DNA of 64,000 nt from Mytilus californianus (Eukaryota), in the NCBI RefSeq assembly GCF_021869535.1, contig NW_026262701.1:6510001-6574000 (forward strand). The letters run 5' to 3'. The notes beneath the pieces were generated by a model. The model was not told the origin of the DNA. It saw only the letters and a list, made by a program, of their open reading frames with translations, and searched no databases. The position numbers and the translations under genes are program-made. Shown in pieces: positions 1 through 12,690 of this stretch (position 1 is its first letter; every line of letters begins with the position of its first letter).

Positions 1-1
1 G

Positions 2-1385
2 GCCAATCTACAGTCATTAGAGCAGGAGACTGCAAGAATCAGAATGATGCAGAGCCAAAAGTCTTCGCCAGCAAATTTGTTATCAAATTCAGAAAGATAT
101 CATAAATTTGAAAGCTTAACACAACAAAACAAATTGCCACCAAAACCTGGGGGTCAGATTGAGGGTCAAGTTGAACAAGGACATCCTATGAATCCTGGAA
201 ATATTAATGAAATGAATAGAAGTATTTACATTTCTCGTCAAGCATATCCAGCACCTAGTCATGAATATATGTTGAATCAACACTTTTCTCAAAATATGAC
301 AGTCACTAACAACCCACATGTAATGGGAAATTCTCAACACAATTTGAATTACAAGGTTGTGAAGCAGGGTACGGATTATAATTCCACTTTGAATTACAGC
401 AGTGGTGGGGACTCGAAAAATTCCAGTCCACGGACTAGTATGATAAACTCGCACCCTCCACCTCCATATGATCAACAAAAATTTGGAAGTCCTCGGTCAA
501 GTTTAGCGAGTCCGCGTTCGAGCATTAGTGGCGCCTCATTGGAAAGTAAACATTCAAGCCCAAGAACAAGTTTAGCAGGAATGTCTGGTGTGATGTATGA
601 CAAATATCCTAGTCCAAGAACCAGTGTTGTGTTGTCACAGGATCATGGAGTACCTAATTCATATGGACATACTTTTTATCAAGGTGTTCCACAAAATGTT
701 GCACATCGGAATATGTCTTTAATGAATGAAAGTAGGTTTAATGAACATGCTCCTCCACATATGCAACAACATATATCTGGTGTTCATATGACAAATAATA
801 ATAACGAAATACTTTATCAGCATAGACAGCATTCGTCATCTCCACATAATAGTGTTTCTAATCTTGCTGGAATACCAAACGAGTCCCATATAGGACAGTC
901 CCAAACTTTTACACCACCACCTGCAATACCAGCACGAGTTCCCATTCACCAAAATGGTATTCATCAAAATCATTTGGATCCTGAACAAACCTTGGCAACA
1001 TTAACTCAACAGTTGCAGGACAATATGAGAATAACAACCTCTCGCAAAAATTCTCTAGAATCGCCAGTACCTAAAAATCCACCGCCTCCATATCATGGTC
1101 CTCATAAAACTGAACCTGTGCCAGTTATACCGCCAAGAAATCCACGTTATACACAGACATCACAACCTACTTCACAACAGAGAATGTTTGCTCCTGGGGT
1201 GGTCTCTCAGTCATCTGGTCACATTGGACGTACACCGCCGTCAGCAGCAGTTCGTCCTCAAGCTCAATTACCATACAGTGTAACACCACCTACAAAAGGT
1301 CCCACAGAAGCAGAGAAAAAAATTGCAGCATTAACTCAACAGTTGGAGGATGAATTTGAAAAGGCACCACAGGGTGAATATTTTG
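2..1385 (+). CDS. WTIP: Ajuba/LIMD1/WTIP-family LIM protein, exon 1 in window (pre-LIM low-complexity region); 5'-incomplete
   Basis: Frame is open from base 2 (ANLQSLEQETARIRMM...), so the start is probably upstream of the window. S/P/Q/H-rich, with SPR(T/S)S repeats and the AEKKIAALTQQLE helix. Ends at GEYF-G|GTAAG, donor at 1386, phase 1. Confidence 0.9.
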
Positions 1386-2357
1386 GTAAGTTTTCTATGC
1401 TCCATCAAGCTACACATATCAGGTGACAGTGTATGTATAAAGATAGTTTTCAATTAAGGTTATTTTCCTTGCCACCTTAAGCTTGTTGTAGGTGAATGGG
1501 CACAAAATCAGCTGCATTTAACTTAATATGCAAAAACCATTGAATTACATGATCCAGACTTAGGGCAGACACAAAAAGTAATGCGGTGACAATAAACAAG
1601 TACATTTTTTTTGTTTGTACATGTACATGTTTGTGAGCGCAGAGTCCTCCTTAACATGGAACAGAGGTGACACAACACAACATACAAACTGTAAAAATCA
1701 GTTGGAAATGGATTATACATATCACATGCATATAAGCCCTGGTTTAGTTTGTCAATAATATTGTTGAAGGGTCTTTTATCAGACTTGCTTGTACCACTTG
1801 TTTTAATTTGATTCTTCAAATAAGAAAATAAACCAGTTTGGCCTCATAACTGAATGTGAAATTTACACTGAAAATTTGACTCGGAAAGATTCATTATTTT
1901 TTTTTATTTTACCAGTTATTTTCAGGAAAACATACTGTTGCATTATTCATCAAAGATGTACATGCACATTACAATGTACAAATGTACATTTAATGACCAA
2001 AATGAAGAACTCCAATATAAAATTTGTTTTACATGTACTATAAACATGATAAAATTTGTACCCAATGTTGGACTGTAGTTATAATAATTATAAAATCATT
2101 TATATAATTTTCATTAAACTTGAATTGATAACTAGACTGTCCACATAGTTGACTTATTCAGAATTCTAATTCATACAAAGATTTTACATATAATTCTGCA
2201 TGTATGATACATGTATATATGTTGTGCCACTAGAATGGGTCCCTTCTTTGATAGGTCAATTTTACCAATGGGTTGCAATTTCACAATGGTAAAATGTCAA
2301 TTAAAATGAATCAGAATATTTTAATCTTTCAACTTGATACAAAATGTATCTGTATAC

Positions 2358-2358
<1 letters not shown>

Positions 2359-2394
<36 letters not shown>

Positions 2395-2404
2395 TATATA
2401 TATA
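2359..2404. repeat. (TA)n microsatellite
   Basis: About 22 TA units with one interruption, read directly. Confidence 0.95.
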
Positions 2405-4209
2405 GGTGTTTTTATCCTTTTTAATCTAATTAAGATGTTATAAATGAACAGATCACTGAGAAATATACATTTGTATTTATGGGTTGTAATTTTCACAAGC
2501 TTTTAAGACTTCAATATACATGAATGAATTGGGGTGGTTTTTTTTTAAATACAGCTGCATGCATATGTCTGCACCCAAAATCCCATGTTGAGGACCCCCC
2601 TTCCTTGTGCTATTACCTTGTTAGATTAAACGTTACAAGTCTGTCTCACTGTTGGTCTTTTGGTATCGCACATTTGAATATATTGGAAGTATGATACAAA
2701 TGAACAACACCTATCATTAATATAAATTATAAAAACATGTTTGACAAAATGGACTAACACTAAGAGTGTACTATAATCATGTACCTTCAAAAACATATAT
2801 ATATATACTGTACTACTAATTGATCTGACATGTTTATATTGGTATTGAAACAAAACCCTACAGCTAAATTTTTGTGACTGAAATATACTGCATATTTTTG
2901 AAGAAAGTACATGAATATTTAGTTCTTTAAACAAAATAAGCATTGTCCTTATGTAATTATAGCCAGACAATTGTATAATTTCTACAATTAAGCAGATAGT
3001 ATAGTTATAAAACAGATTGTAAATCCTAACAGTGAAAACTTTTACTTTAGAAAAAGTAAACATGGTTAAATTTTTAAGTGTGATAAATTGTATGCTTGCA
3101 GGAAGAAACAGACTTGACATTTTTAGAAAGGTGTCTTGCTTACAGTTATAACCTGGGGATTTAAATATATAAGTGATTAAGAGGAAAGGAATTTCCTTTA
3201 AATTTTATTTAGTCTTTTAAATTTTTTAAAACTGATCGAACGATAGCGGAACATTTACATGTATTATAATTCATTTGTTATTACCATTTAACTGTTGATA
3301 TATCGTTACATGTGCTTTGTGTCATTATACCTGACAAATTTGGGCATACCTGTTTCGTCACATTTATCTGAGGTTTCTGACTAAGTGTAAACATTACGAT
3401 TAAACCAAGGATGTGACTAAATATCAGTTCATAAGGTTCGAAAGGTAAAAAGTTTGGTGACTACTACAATAAGGGTTATTAACAATTTTATGCTCTGCCA
3501 AGCATCACTTTTTGATTTTTCAATTATATGTGTCAGCACCCCTCCTAAAATAATTGCAGGGTAGCTTGAACCCAAGATTATTTAGATTTAAAAAAGATGA
3601 ATTTAAGTGTTAGTAAAGTTATTATTAGACCCCAATAAGACTTTAACTCTTAAATTTAAATTTAACAAAAAATAACTTGCATTGACTAAGTGTACATTTT
3701 GTACAATAGTGTAACATTTTTGGATTTCAATTTTCATGATGACTTCTGGTTTCAAAATACATTGTGTCTGGCAACAATGAAAAATGATTAAACAGAAATG
3801 GCAACAATATAATTTATGTAAAATGATTAAACAGAAATATGAAATCATACAGTGTATGGTACAAAATTTTCTTGTGTAGATGATGTTAATTGTATGATGA
3901 TCATCCATATACAACAGACCAAATTATCATTGGTTTTGATATGTAGTTTATAATAGTGGCTTGTATTTCTGGCAGAAAAGGTGACAATTTTAAAATAAAA
4001 ATTGATTTCATAGCATCCTGCAAAAATGTCCTTGAAAAGTTGATTGCACAGAGATACATGTACCAGATACAGCAAAAAAAGTCAGATTTTCTGTTATATT
4101 ACATTTCTTGTATTTGATTTCTAAATGAAAATGTATGTAGGTAATTACTTTTATATGTTCTGTTAATCAAAACAGAGACGGACACAATTGTTTGCTTTTT
4201 ACACATTGT

Positions 4210-4263
4210 GACTTGGATGGAGAGTTGTCTTATTGGCACTCATACCACATCTTCTTATTTCTA
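4210..4263 (+). mobile_element. Short copy of a dispersed repeat ending ...GAGAGTTGTCTCATTGGCACTCATACCACATCTTCTTATTTCTA
   Basis: 54 bp flanked by the direct repeat TACACATTGT (4200-4209 and 4264-4273). The same end recurs at about 24175-24410, 29810-30120 (reverse), 33768-33812 (reverse) and 47692-47810 (reverse). Confidence 0.75.
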
Positions 4264-5247
4264 TACACATTGTATACCCTTCTTTATACATAGTACTAAA
4301 GAAAAGAAAGTTGGTGGTTAACATGTACTTACTTTCATATAAAAATCAAATTATATGTTTATGAGAACTTGTTTTAACATCTTTATTGTGAATCTGTCCT
4401 ACAAAATAAATGCATCAATTAATCTCATGTTCAGTGTCAACTGGTTAGTGGTAAGGATGTCAGTAGGACTGTATTTATGAATATTGTAATTCTGTCTGTT
4501 AATTCAAAAGATATTCATACTTTTTGAAATGCATAACATTATCAAAAGAATATATCAAACACCAAAATGCAAAAGTGATTATTCTATTATCGACAATAGA
4601 TCTAGTGTCACAAACAGTCGCATTCGCATTAAGTATTAAAGAATCTGAATAAAAGGAAATAATACTTAATATATATTATCAATGGAACAGCAAATTAAAA
4701 ACACAATAGAACCAGGAAATATTCATATATTTCTAAGACACATCCCATCAAAGTTCTAAATCCTACAAAAGAAAAAGCTTTTTACGGCAGAAAAAATATG
4801 TTTGTCAGATTGCTCTACCATGTCTATATTTATCAAACCAATTGCTTAAAACATTTTGTAAAAAGGCAGGGTATGATAACTTTGACCTTGGAACAAGCAG
4901 TAATTGTCTAATTAATACTTGTCCGGCAAAAAAAGTGTACATGTATACCTTACCTGTCATGAACTACTGTAGCATTGTTATATTGAAATTCTCGTACAGT
5001 GTAGCAGCATCCTGTTTCAATTTCCCTGTGCTTGATATACATTTGTACTTATGCTGTTTTGCATGTTCTGTATTTTTATAGTTATTGGTGTATTTATTCT
5101 TGAGATATTTTCTCTTATTTGTGCACATCATTCTTTCAATTTTAGGCCAGTTTGTGTACTAAAATTTTAATAAGATGCTCATCACCTATAATTCTTGGCC
5201 CTCATTCCTATCCACATTAAGTTTTTCAATTCCAACACCTTTTTTTT

Positions 5248-5270
5248 GGGGGGGGGGGGGGGGGGAGGGG
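5248..5270. repeat. poly(G) tract
   Basis: Run of G with one A, read directly. Confidence 0.9.
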
Positions 5271-5868
5271 ATCAATATACTGTTATTTATACATCAGACC
5301 GTACTGGTTACCGGAACTTTGGATACACCAAACCACATACTTTATACCTGAGAAACGAAACGGGCAATTTATGCCCTCAATTTTAGAATTCATTCATACA
5401 TGTGGTGGTGTTACATTTAAAATTGAGAATGGAGATGGGGAATGTGTTAAAGAGACAACAACCCGACCAAAGAGCAGAAAACAGCCGAAGGCCACCAATG
5501 GGTCTTTAACACAATGAGAAAATCCTGTACCCGGACAGCTGGCCCCTAAACAAAAATGTGTACTAGTTCAATGAAAATGACATTTTACAAAGTCCATTGA
5601 ATCATTTGCAAAGAATTTCCCTCAAACCGGTGCTAGAAGCCGTCTTTAACTTGCAGTGAGGTTTTTTTTTTTTTTTCTTTTTGTTTCTCCGTGTTGAACA
5701 TGTTGAAGGCCTCGCTGTGACTTTGAGATGAAGAACAGCATTAAAAGCGTGTTCCTTTGCTTTTTGTGTGTTTTTAGCTGTGCATGTACTGATTTTGTAG
5801 CATTGATGGATACCCTATATCCTTTGTTTTAGAAGAAGTTATATTAATTGTATTATTTGATTCTGTAG

Positions 5869-5970
5869 GTCAGTGCTTTAAATGTGGTGAAAGGGTTACA
5901 GGAGCCGGTGATGCGTGTCAGGCCATGAACAACTTGTACCATACCAAATGTTTTGTGTGTTGTTCTTGTG
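5869..5970 (+). CDS. WTIP: WTIP-family exon 2 (LIM1 first half)
   Basis: ttctgtag|GT...TGTG|gtaag; translates (G)QCFKCGERVTGAGDACQAMNNLYHTKCFVCCSC. Phases match exons 1 and 3. Confidence 0.95.
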
Positions 5971-6300
5971 GTAAGTTTATTTACCATAGTTATTCCAGGG
6001 GGAGTGTGGTGAGAGGGTTACAGGAGTCGGTGATGCACGTCAGGCCATGAACAACTTATACCATACCAAATGTTTTGTGTGTTGTTCTTGTGGTAAGTTT
6101 ATATACCATAGTTATTCCAGGGGGAGTGTGGTGAGAGGGTTACAGGAGCTGGTGGTAAGTTTATATACCATAGTTATTCCAGGGGGAGTGTGGTGAGAGG
6201 GTTACAGGAGCTGGTGGTAAGTTTATATGCCATAGTTATTCCAGTTGAGGAGTGTTGTCACCAGATTACAGCAGCCAGTGACTGCACCATACCATATGTT
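5971..6300 (+). repeat. Tandem degenerate duplications of exon 2 plus the start of intron 2
   Basis: 28-nt GTAAG..TTATTCCAG units at 5971-5998, 6093-6120, 6155-6182 and 6217-6244 alternate with exon-2 copies of 94, 34 and 34 nt. An older, diverged copy lies at about 6249-6300. Confidence 0.92.
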
Positions 6301-6852
6301 GTTTTTCATGTTTATATAATTGTGATTTTATACATGTAACTAAATGTTCTTCGATGCAAGACCTAGTAATAGCATAATGGTTCCATGGTCTTATATATCT
6401 GATCAGATTATATAAGAATAAAGTGTTTATGTGGTGCTGTAGTTTTAGGAAAACAGTGCTATTTCAAAAACAAACGAGAACAGACACACTTGACTGTTTC
6501 ACTGATTAAATTAAAGAACACAGTTCATTTTCTTGCCTCCTGACCTACATGCACCTTAAATCTGCATGCCTACCCAAACACATTTTGTGAACATTTTTAG
6601 TTCAGCACTGTTAATATTTCCTTACATACAATGAAGTCTTTGTAACATATTTTTCCAAAATAAATTTTTTTGATCTACTTACATAAAAATATATACTTTA
6701 TTTCTGTCGGCTAGGAGACTGGAAGTAAGTACATTGTATACATTGTATATATATTTTTGCTGACCTTAGGTTTTATGCATGCATGAAAAATGCAGTATAG
6801 TGAATTTTATAATTGACTTTGAAGAATGAATCTGAAACTGAAATTCAATTTT

Positions 6853-7190
6853 TAAACGAGAAACACTCATGAACCACATCAACAAACGACAACCACTGAA
6901 CAACAGGTTCCCGACAGGACAGGTGCAAACAAATGCAGCAGGTTTAAACGTTTTAATAGGCGCCAACCTTCACCCTCCTGAAACAATAGTGTAACATCAC
7001 AACATAGAAAGACACACTATAAAATATCAATTGAAATGGCTTAACTCAATCAAAAGACATATTAACAAAAACAAGTGAACATACACTGAACGAATAAATT
7101 TGATCTATGACACAATGTAAATACAAAATTAATAAAACAAGGGGGTTAGATGTAAAACAATATCAGAAAGACAACCATAACCTTGGACAA
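6853..7190. mobile_element. Internal fragment of the dispersed repeat family also seen at 30030-30120
   Basis: Shares AACCACATCAACAAACGACAACCACTGAA...ACAGGTTCC...GTGCAAACAAATGCAG with the 29810-30120 copy. Confidence 0.65.
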
Positions 7191-8315
7191 AATGCCGCCA
7201 AAAAAATGTCTTATCTTTGGACAGCTTTGTAACAGAAAACTATACAATTCAGCTGGAATTAGATTCAGTCTGTGTTATAATAACATTTTAATCCTGATTT
7301 GAGATAATTCAGTTGTGAACTGTCAAATCATTCATGTATTAATTATATAAACATTAACTACTTTTGATAGTGTATGTCATCATATCAAATATTTTTATAC
7401 ATAACAATTGAGAAAAAAGTAAAAACTCTCATTCAATCAAATGTTAAATTAAACATTTGTTGGTTGACAAAATATAGTTTAATATGTTGTAATTATAGAA
7501 ACTAGACATGCTAGAAGGATTTCATTTTTATCAAATAGCTAGCGGCATTATAGCTACCAAATTCATGCCAACAGAATTGACTCATATTTATAACATACTA
7601 AAATTGTATCACAATTACAACAGTTCTATATTTATAGGAAACAGTAAACAACGCTGGAATATTTATTTATAAAGTATCAACCTTTTATCAGCATATTTTT
7701 GGACTGAGTGCCATCTTAATATACAATATTTGGTTCCATAAAGAAAAGTCCTTCACAATTTCAGATTTTTTGTTCAAAGTTGGATCTTTTTTGTAATATA
7801 ATCAACAGTCCAAAACATGTCTGATGATTATTAGAGTTTCATGTAACATATCTTTATGGAATTTTGCACATTATTAAGGTCCATGAATACAAGCTCCCTT
7901 TTTATTTTGTTCATTTTAAAAAGAAAAAGGAACTTTATGAAAATAGAGGGAAGTTATGGTGTAGTAAGGCAAATTTTTTCTAATATGGTGACATTTAATT
8001 ATAAAAATAATCTTAACCAATTACCCTCATTTAAATTTTTAGGATTTTTTCAAATTATCATGTGCTGAAAGTGCAGGAGTATTTTGTAGATTTATTTAAA
8101 TGAATATAAAAATTTCCACGCAGATGGAATGAAAAAAGTAAGCATCTATGTACCGGTAATCTTAATGTAATATACATGTATTAGTCTGTATTAGTCTCGA
8201 CAGATCAGTCTGGAATTTAAGAGAAACAGATGTTTGTTCCACTAACAATAAATATTTTCGATATTGATATGTAACCAACATTTTGAGATATTTATATCTA
8301 AACTATCTTTTTTAG

Positions 8316-8383
8316 GTCGAACGTTGCGAGGGAAAGCATTCTATAATGTCCATGGAAGGGTGTATTGTGAAGAAGACTACTTA
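8316..8383 (+). CDS. WTIP: WTIP-family exon 3
   Basis: tttttag| and |gtaagt; (G)RTLRGKAFYNVHGRVYCEEDYL, a hallmark of the Ajuba subfamily. Confidence 0.95.
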
Positions 8384-8481
8384 GTAAGTAATAATACAAC
8401 TTATAATAGATATTTTTTTATAGTAAGCATCATATAAATGATATATTTCACATTCACGGAACTACCAATCATCTTCTATTA

Positions 8482-8710
8482 CTGTGGATACATTATAATT
8501 CGTTGGACACTAGTTTTTTGTCGTGGGTGCATTATAGGTAAGTGGTAAACTACAAATTTAATTTTCAAAGGAGTATAAATTTTTCGATAGGAATTTAACT
8601 GTATGTGTGTATGCAGACTTTGGCAAATCCATGAAATCAATTTTACATGAATATACAATTTTTCCTCAATCCACTATGATTGGTACCCACAAGAATAAAG
8701 GAATTTAGAG
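8482..8710. mobile_element. Diverged Tc1/mariner-like MITE (same family as 40724-40931)
   Basis: Starts TA|CTGTGGATACATT. Internal similarity to the 40724 copy (TGTATGCAGACTT, GGTACCCAC); right end eroded. Confidence 0.65.
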
Positions 8711-8873
8711 AGAACTACATAATGTGAGAGGCAAAATGTAGGCACTCACATTCCTTAGAACAGGTTAAAATGCATTATAAAATATTGATGAACAAACATA
8801 AGAACAAAGATTTGGTCAGAATATTCTTTCAGCTTTTTAACTGTTTTCATTATAGAAATAATTTTGATTTCAG

Positions 8874-8936
8874 TATTCTGGTTTTCAACAGACGGCAGAA
8901 AAATGTTGTGTTTGTGGTCATCTTATAATGGAAATG
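8874..8936 (+). CDS. WTIP: WTIP-family exon 4
   Basis: tttcag| and |gtaag; YSGFQQTAEKCCVCGHLIMEM. Confidence 0.95.
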
Positions 8937-10388
8937 GTAAGTATTTGAATGTTTTAAGAATTTTTATGTTTCATTTTGTAGTTATATTGGGTTTTAAAGC
9001 TTTTAATGAATCACATTTTGTACGAACATTTTTACAACCCTAAGGCTATAAACTACAGAAAAGAATCATTCGATTCAAATAATTACATTTTATTACTAAA
9101 ACCAGGAAATTGCAAGTTAAATCAAGCTTTACACTTGTTTTGTTTTTAAATTCCTATGCATTGTTTGTACATTGTCACAAATAGTGCACTTGTAGTCATG
9201 CATGTTGTGTAGGAAATTGATAAAACATTGGTTTAAACAATCCAAATACCATAAGATAGTTATCTGCTTATTCAAATTAAAGGTACACATTAACGATCAT
9301 AAAAATTTATGTTAAGTTAATAATTTTTTGTTATTATTAAAATAATGTGATTATATATACTGTGCCTTGACTTTACATGTTGCTCTCCACCTATTGCAGT
9401 TCATTCAAAATTCTGACCCAATTGCAATTTGTTTTATCAGACCAAACTGTTCAACTGGTCAGAAATTTTAACCAACTGCTGTCAAAAAACCACAGTCAAT
9501 TCATCAAAGTGTAGGTTGATAAAATAAAACATGCCTAGAATCCTATAAAACTTTCTTTTATCTATATATAAGACCTTAATTCCACTTCATTGTTATTATG
9601 GAAATGTTGCTAAAATTTGAATACATATTGTAATTGTAAAAATAATTGTAAAAAGTCATTCGAAAGGTGAGTGCTATAAAAAATGTCCAAATGTAAGTTT
9701 TGAATTTTTGTTCTAAAATGGTGTGTTTCTATGCATGCTACAAAGCTTTCTTTAAATGAATAACTCCAGTTTTGTCTGATCTGTCTGACATCTTATCACA
9801 TAGACTGACTGTCTGATACAATGTACCTTTGTCATACCCCATGACAAGACGAGTTAAAAATTCATTGGCTTTGTCATGTTAGACATCTGGACTGATAGCA
9901 CAGAGGAAAAATGAGGACTTTTAAAGTTTAGTTTTACAGTGTAAATATAAGTAGGTGTTGGGTAAGGCTAAATTAGGTTAAAACTTGGGGACAGATTCGT
10001 CTACAGGACAAGAGGTTATCCACCTGTTATTTTGATTTTTGATCTGTGTGATTTTTGGGGTTTCCCATACCAAAACTTTTCTGCTTATATTATTTGGCGG
10101 TGGCAGATGACACATGCTGACCTTTGAGGACTCAAACATTCAATTAGTGTAACAGAATTTTGAAATTTACCAAATTTAATGTACATGTCTTGGCTAATTT
10201 CATTTTGTCTGCTGGTACATTTATTACTAATGTTACTTTGTATAATAGAAAACTAACATATTCACCATGTTATTCACGATCAATGTAGGTGAACTGTACA
10301 AAGAAATTAAATTACCAATGGTCCTTTACATTCTGAAAGGCAAATGTATATAAAAGTTGAGTTATGATTTGTTATTGATCTTTTTCAG

Positions 10389-10519
10389 ATATTACAGGCC
10401 ATGGGTAAATCATATCATCCTGGATGTTTTAGGTGTTGTGTATGTAATGACTGTCTCGATGGAGTGCCGTTTACGATTGATGTAGACAACAAAATTTATT
10501 GTATAGAAGATTATCATAG
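10389..10519 (+). CDS. WTIP: WTIP-family exon 5 (LIM2)
   Basis: tttcag| and |gtaaat; [43 protein letters not shown](R). Confidence 0.95.
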
Positions 10520-10621
10520 GTAAATTTTCAGAAACATTTAGATATAGATAGGTTTTGGTATGATGTAATGTGGGTTTGAGTTATTTCCCTTGGCCTCCAT
10601 TTTGGAGAGGTAAATGGTTGA

Positions 10622-11447
10622 TTTATGTCTCGCCTTGACTGAGTCAAAAAGGGAGACTAAGGTATGCTGTTTCTGACAGTGGCGGCTGCTTCAACAATGT
10701 ATTAGTTTGTGATTAGGTCAATTTATGGCAAACCACTAGTGGTAGGTCAATGATATTTGGTATGCTGTTGTATTAGCATTGGAACATCTCATTTCCATGG
10801 AGATTATTTGACCCTGCCCCCTCAGTCATGGTCTATTGACTTTGAAACTTTTGCTTACTTTACATGTATTAGTTTGTTATTAGGTCAGTATAAGAGGAAC
10901 CATTAGTGGTAGGTCCATGATATTTGGTATGTAGATGCATTAGAATTGACACATCTCATTTCCATGGAAATTATTGGCGCCTAAACCTCAGTCATGGTCC
11001 ATTGACTTTGAATGTTTTGTATAGTTTACCTGTTAAGTTTGCGATTAGATCAATTTATCAGGAACCGCTAATGTTAAGTCAATGATATTTGGTATGCAGT
11101 TGTATTAGCATTTGCAAGTCTCTTTTCCATGGTGATTATATGGCCCCACCCCCTCAGCATGGTTCATTAACTTTGAAATTTTACATTGTTTACAAATTAT
11201 AGTTAGTGTTTAGGTTATTGTAAAGGGAACCACTTATGATAGGTCAATGATATTTGGTAAGCAGTTTTATAAGCATTGGCATTTTTCATTTCCATTGGGT
11301 TATTTGGGCCTGTACCATAAGTTATGGTTCATTGACTTAGAATGTTTTGCATAGTTTACATGTTTAAATATTGCCATTTTGGATTAAATATTTGCATTAT
11401 ACTATCAAATTACAAAAAGGCAGGACATATCTCTGCGTCATCAGTTT
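10622..11447 (+). mobile_element. Helentron-type non-autonomous element (HINE-like) with about four ~165-bp internal units
   Basis: T-run start, TGTCTCGCC subterminal repeat, internal tandem units and 3' GGCAGGACATATCTCTGCGTCATCAGTTT. Close relative at 53830-54814. Confidence 0.8.
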
Positions 11448-11454
11448 ATTATAT

Positions 11455-11690
11455 TTGACTAACCAAATTGAAATGAAGTCTGATAAAAGATCCTTACTAG
11501 ATCGTAGTAGTGAATCGAGAAAGGTTCAAAGAAATAAAATTTTTCAGAAAACAGCTTTTTTTAAAGTCTAGCAGTCAGTATACCAAGTTTAATTTGGCTG
11601 ATTTATGAAGGAATATGTGCATTAGGGAATTAGGGAAGTAACTCTTGCTAAAATTGTGTCAATCAAAACCTTTCTATAGGGTGAAGACTC
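11455..11690. repeat. Dispersed repeat, second copy at about 16735-16990
   Basis: TCTGATAAAAGATCCTTACTAGATCGTAGTAGTGAAT matches TCTGATAAGAGATCCTTGCTAGATCATAGCAATGAAT, with colinear downstream similarity. Confidence 0.55.
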
Positions 11691-11949
11691 ATGAACTACC
11701 AAAGAAATTACAATCAATAGAAAACATCAGAATGTCAATGTCTTTAGAAAATACACGATCAGCAGCAAGGTCACTACGAAAAATAGGAATATTATCCTTC
11801 CGACTGTGAAACTCTTGCATAATATAAAACAAGTCATGTGATTATAATAATACAAATGAATATAAAATTAATCCAGATTGCTTTATTTTCCAGTTTCTCA
11901 CTTCAATATAAAAGAAATGAAAAATTTTCATAAGTATTTAATATTTCAG

Positions 11950-12001
11950 GACATATGCACCAAAATGTGCGGCATGTGGACAAGCTATAACTCCAGTAGA
12001 G
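11950..12001 (+). CDS. WTIP: WTIP-family exon 6
   Basis: tttcag| and |gtgagt; (R)TYAPKCAACGQAITPVE. Confidence 0.95.
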
Positions 12002-12363
12002 GTGAGTCTTACAGATAAATTATTACAGGATTAAATTAAGAAACTAAATTATTCACATTGACAGTCAAATGACTTTAACTTATTATGTTATTGGATTATA
12101 AAAATTTTTGGCAACATCAAGAATACAGCAGAAGCTTAATCTTTTCTATTTGAAAGCAAACCAACTATGTAAAGACTCGCATAACAAAATTTAGTCAGAG
12201 TTTTGTAGTCCCTACAAGTGTGTTCTCATCAAGAAGTTAAAGAAATTAATTATTAATTATTTTCATGAAAAGAACATGAAAATAATTCTAAATTTATCTC
12301 TGAAAGATTGATGTATAATATTTACTGAAAGTTTCTGAATAATGTAATTTTATTGATTTGTAG

Positions 12364-12432
12364 GGTACAGAAGAAACAGTTCGTGTTGTATCTATGGACA
12401 AAGATTATCATGTTGACTGCTATCATTGTGAG
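12364..12432 (+). CDS. WTIP: WTIP-family exon 7 (LIM3)
   Basis: ttgtag| and |gtgaga; GTEETVRVVSMDKDYHVDCYHCE. Confidence 0.95.
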
Positions 12433-12690
12433 GTGAGATAACAATCTTGTTAACAGGAAGTTTCAGGGGTATTGAGGATTGTAATACTTTCAGAGGAGAT
12501 TAAAGGTTGGGCGGTTTTCAGGCTATAATTTTTTTCTTGATCTGTAATGTTTTTATATTCCCCTGCTCCGAAAGGAGTTGGTATACTGGTTTACATCTGT
12601 CCATTTTCCTCGCTTTAAGGTCAGGAACAACAAAACAGAGCTAAGTGAGAGTAAGATAAAATTGTGTGATGCCGTTTCACATCCATTGGT

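Noticed and set aside
1386-1426. ORF track extends exon 1 to a stop at 1426
   Set aside because: This is read-through into intron 1. The GTAAG donor at 1386 joins in phase to the LIM exon at 5869.
1523-5386. Short ORFs in intron 1 (e.g. 2626-3120, 164 aa) as nested genes
   Set aside because: F/I/Y/L-rich translations typical of AT-rich non-coding DNA, with no motifs or splice logic.
5999-6216. Productive in-frame inclusion of all three exon-2 copies (94+34+34 = 162 nt)
   Set aside because: Although divisible by three, the joined frame reads GGG GGA GTG TGG TGA and stops at once. 28-nt introns are also below usual metazoan spliceable size.
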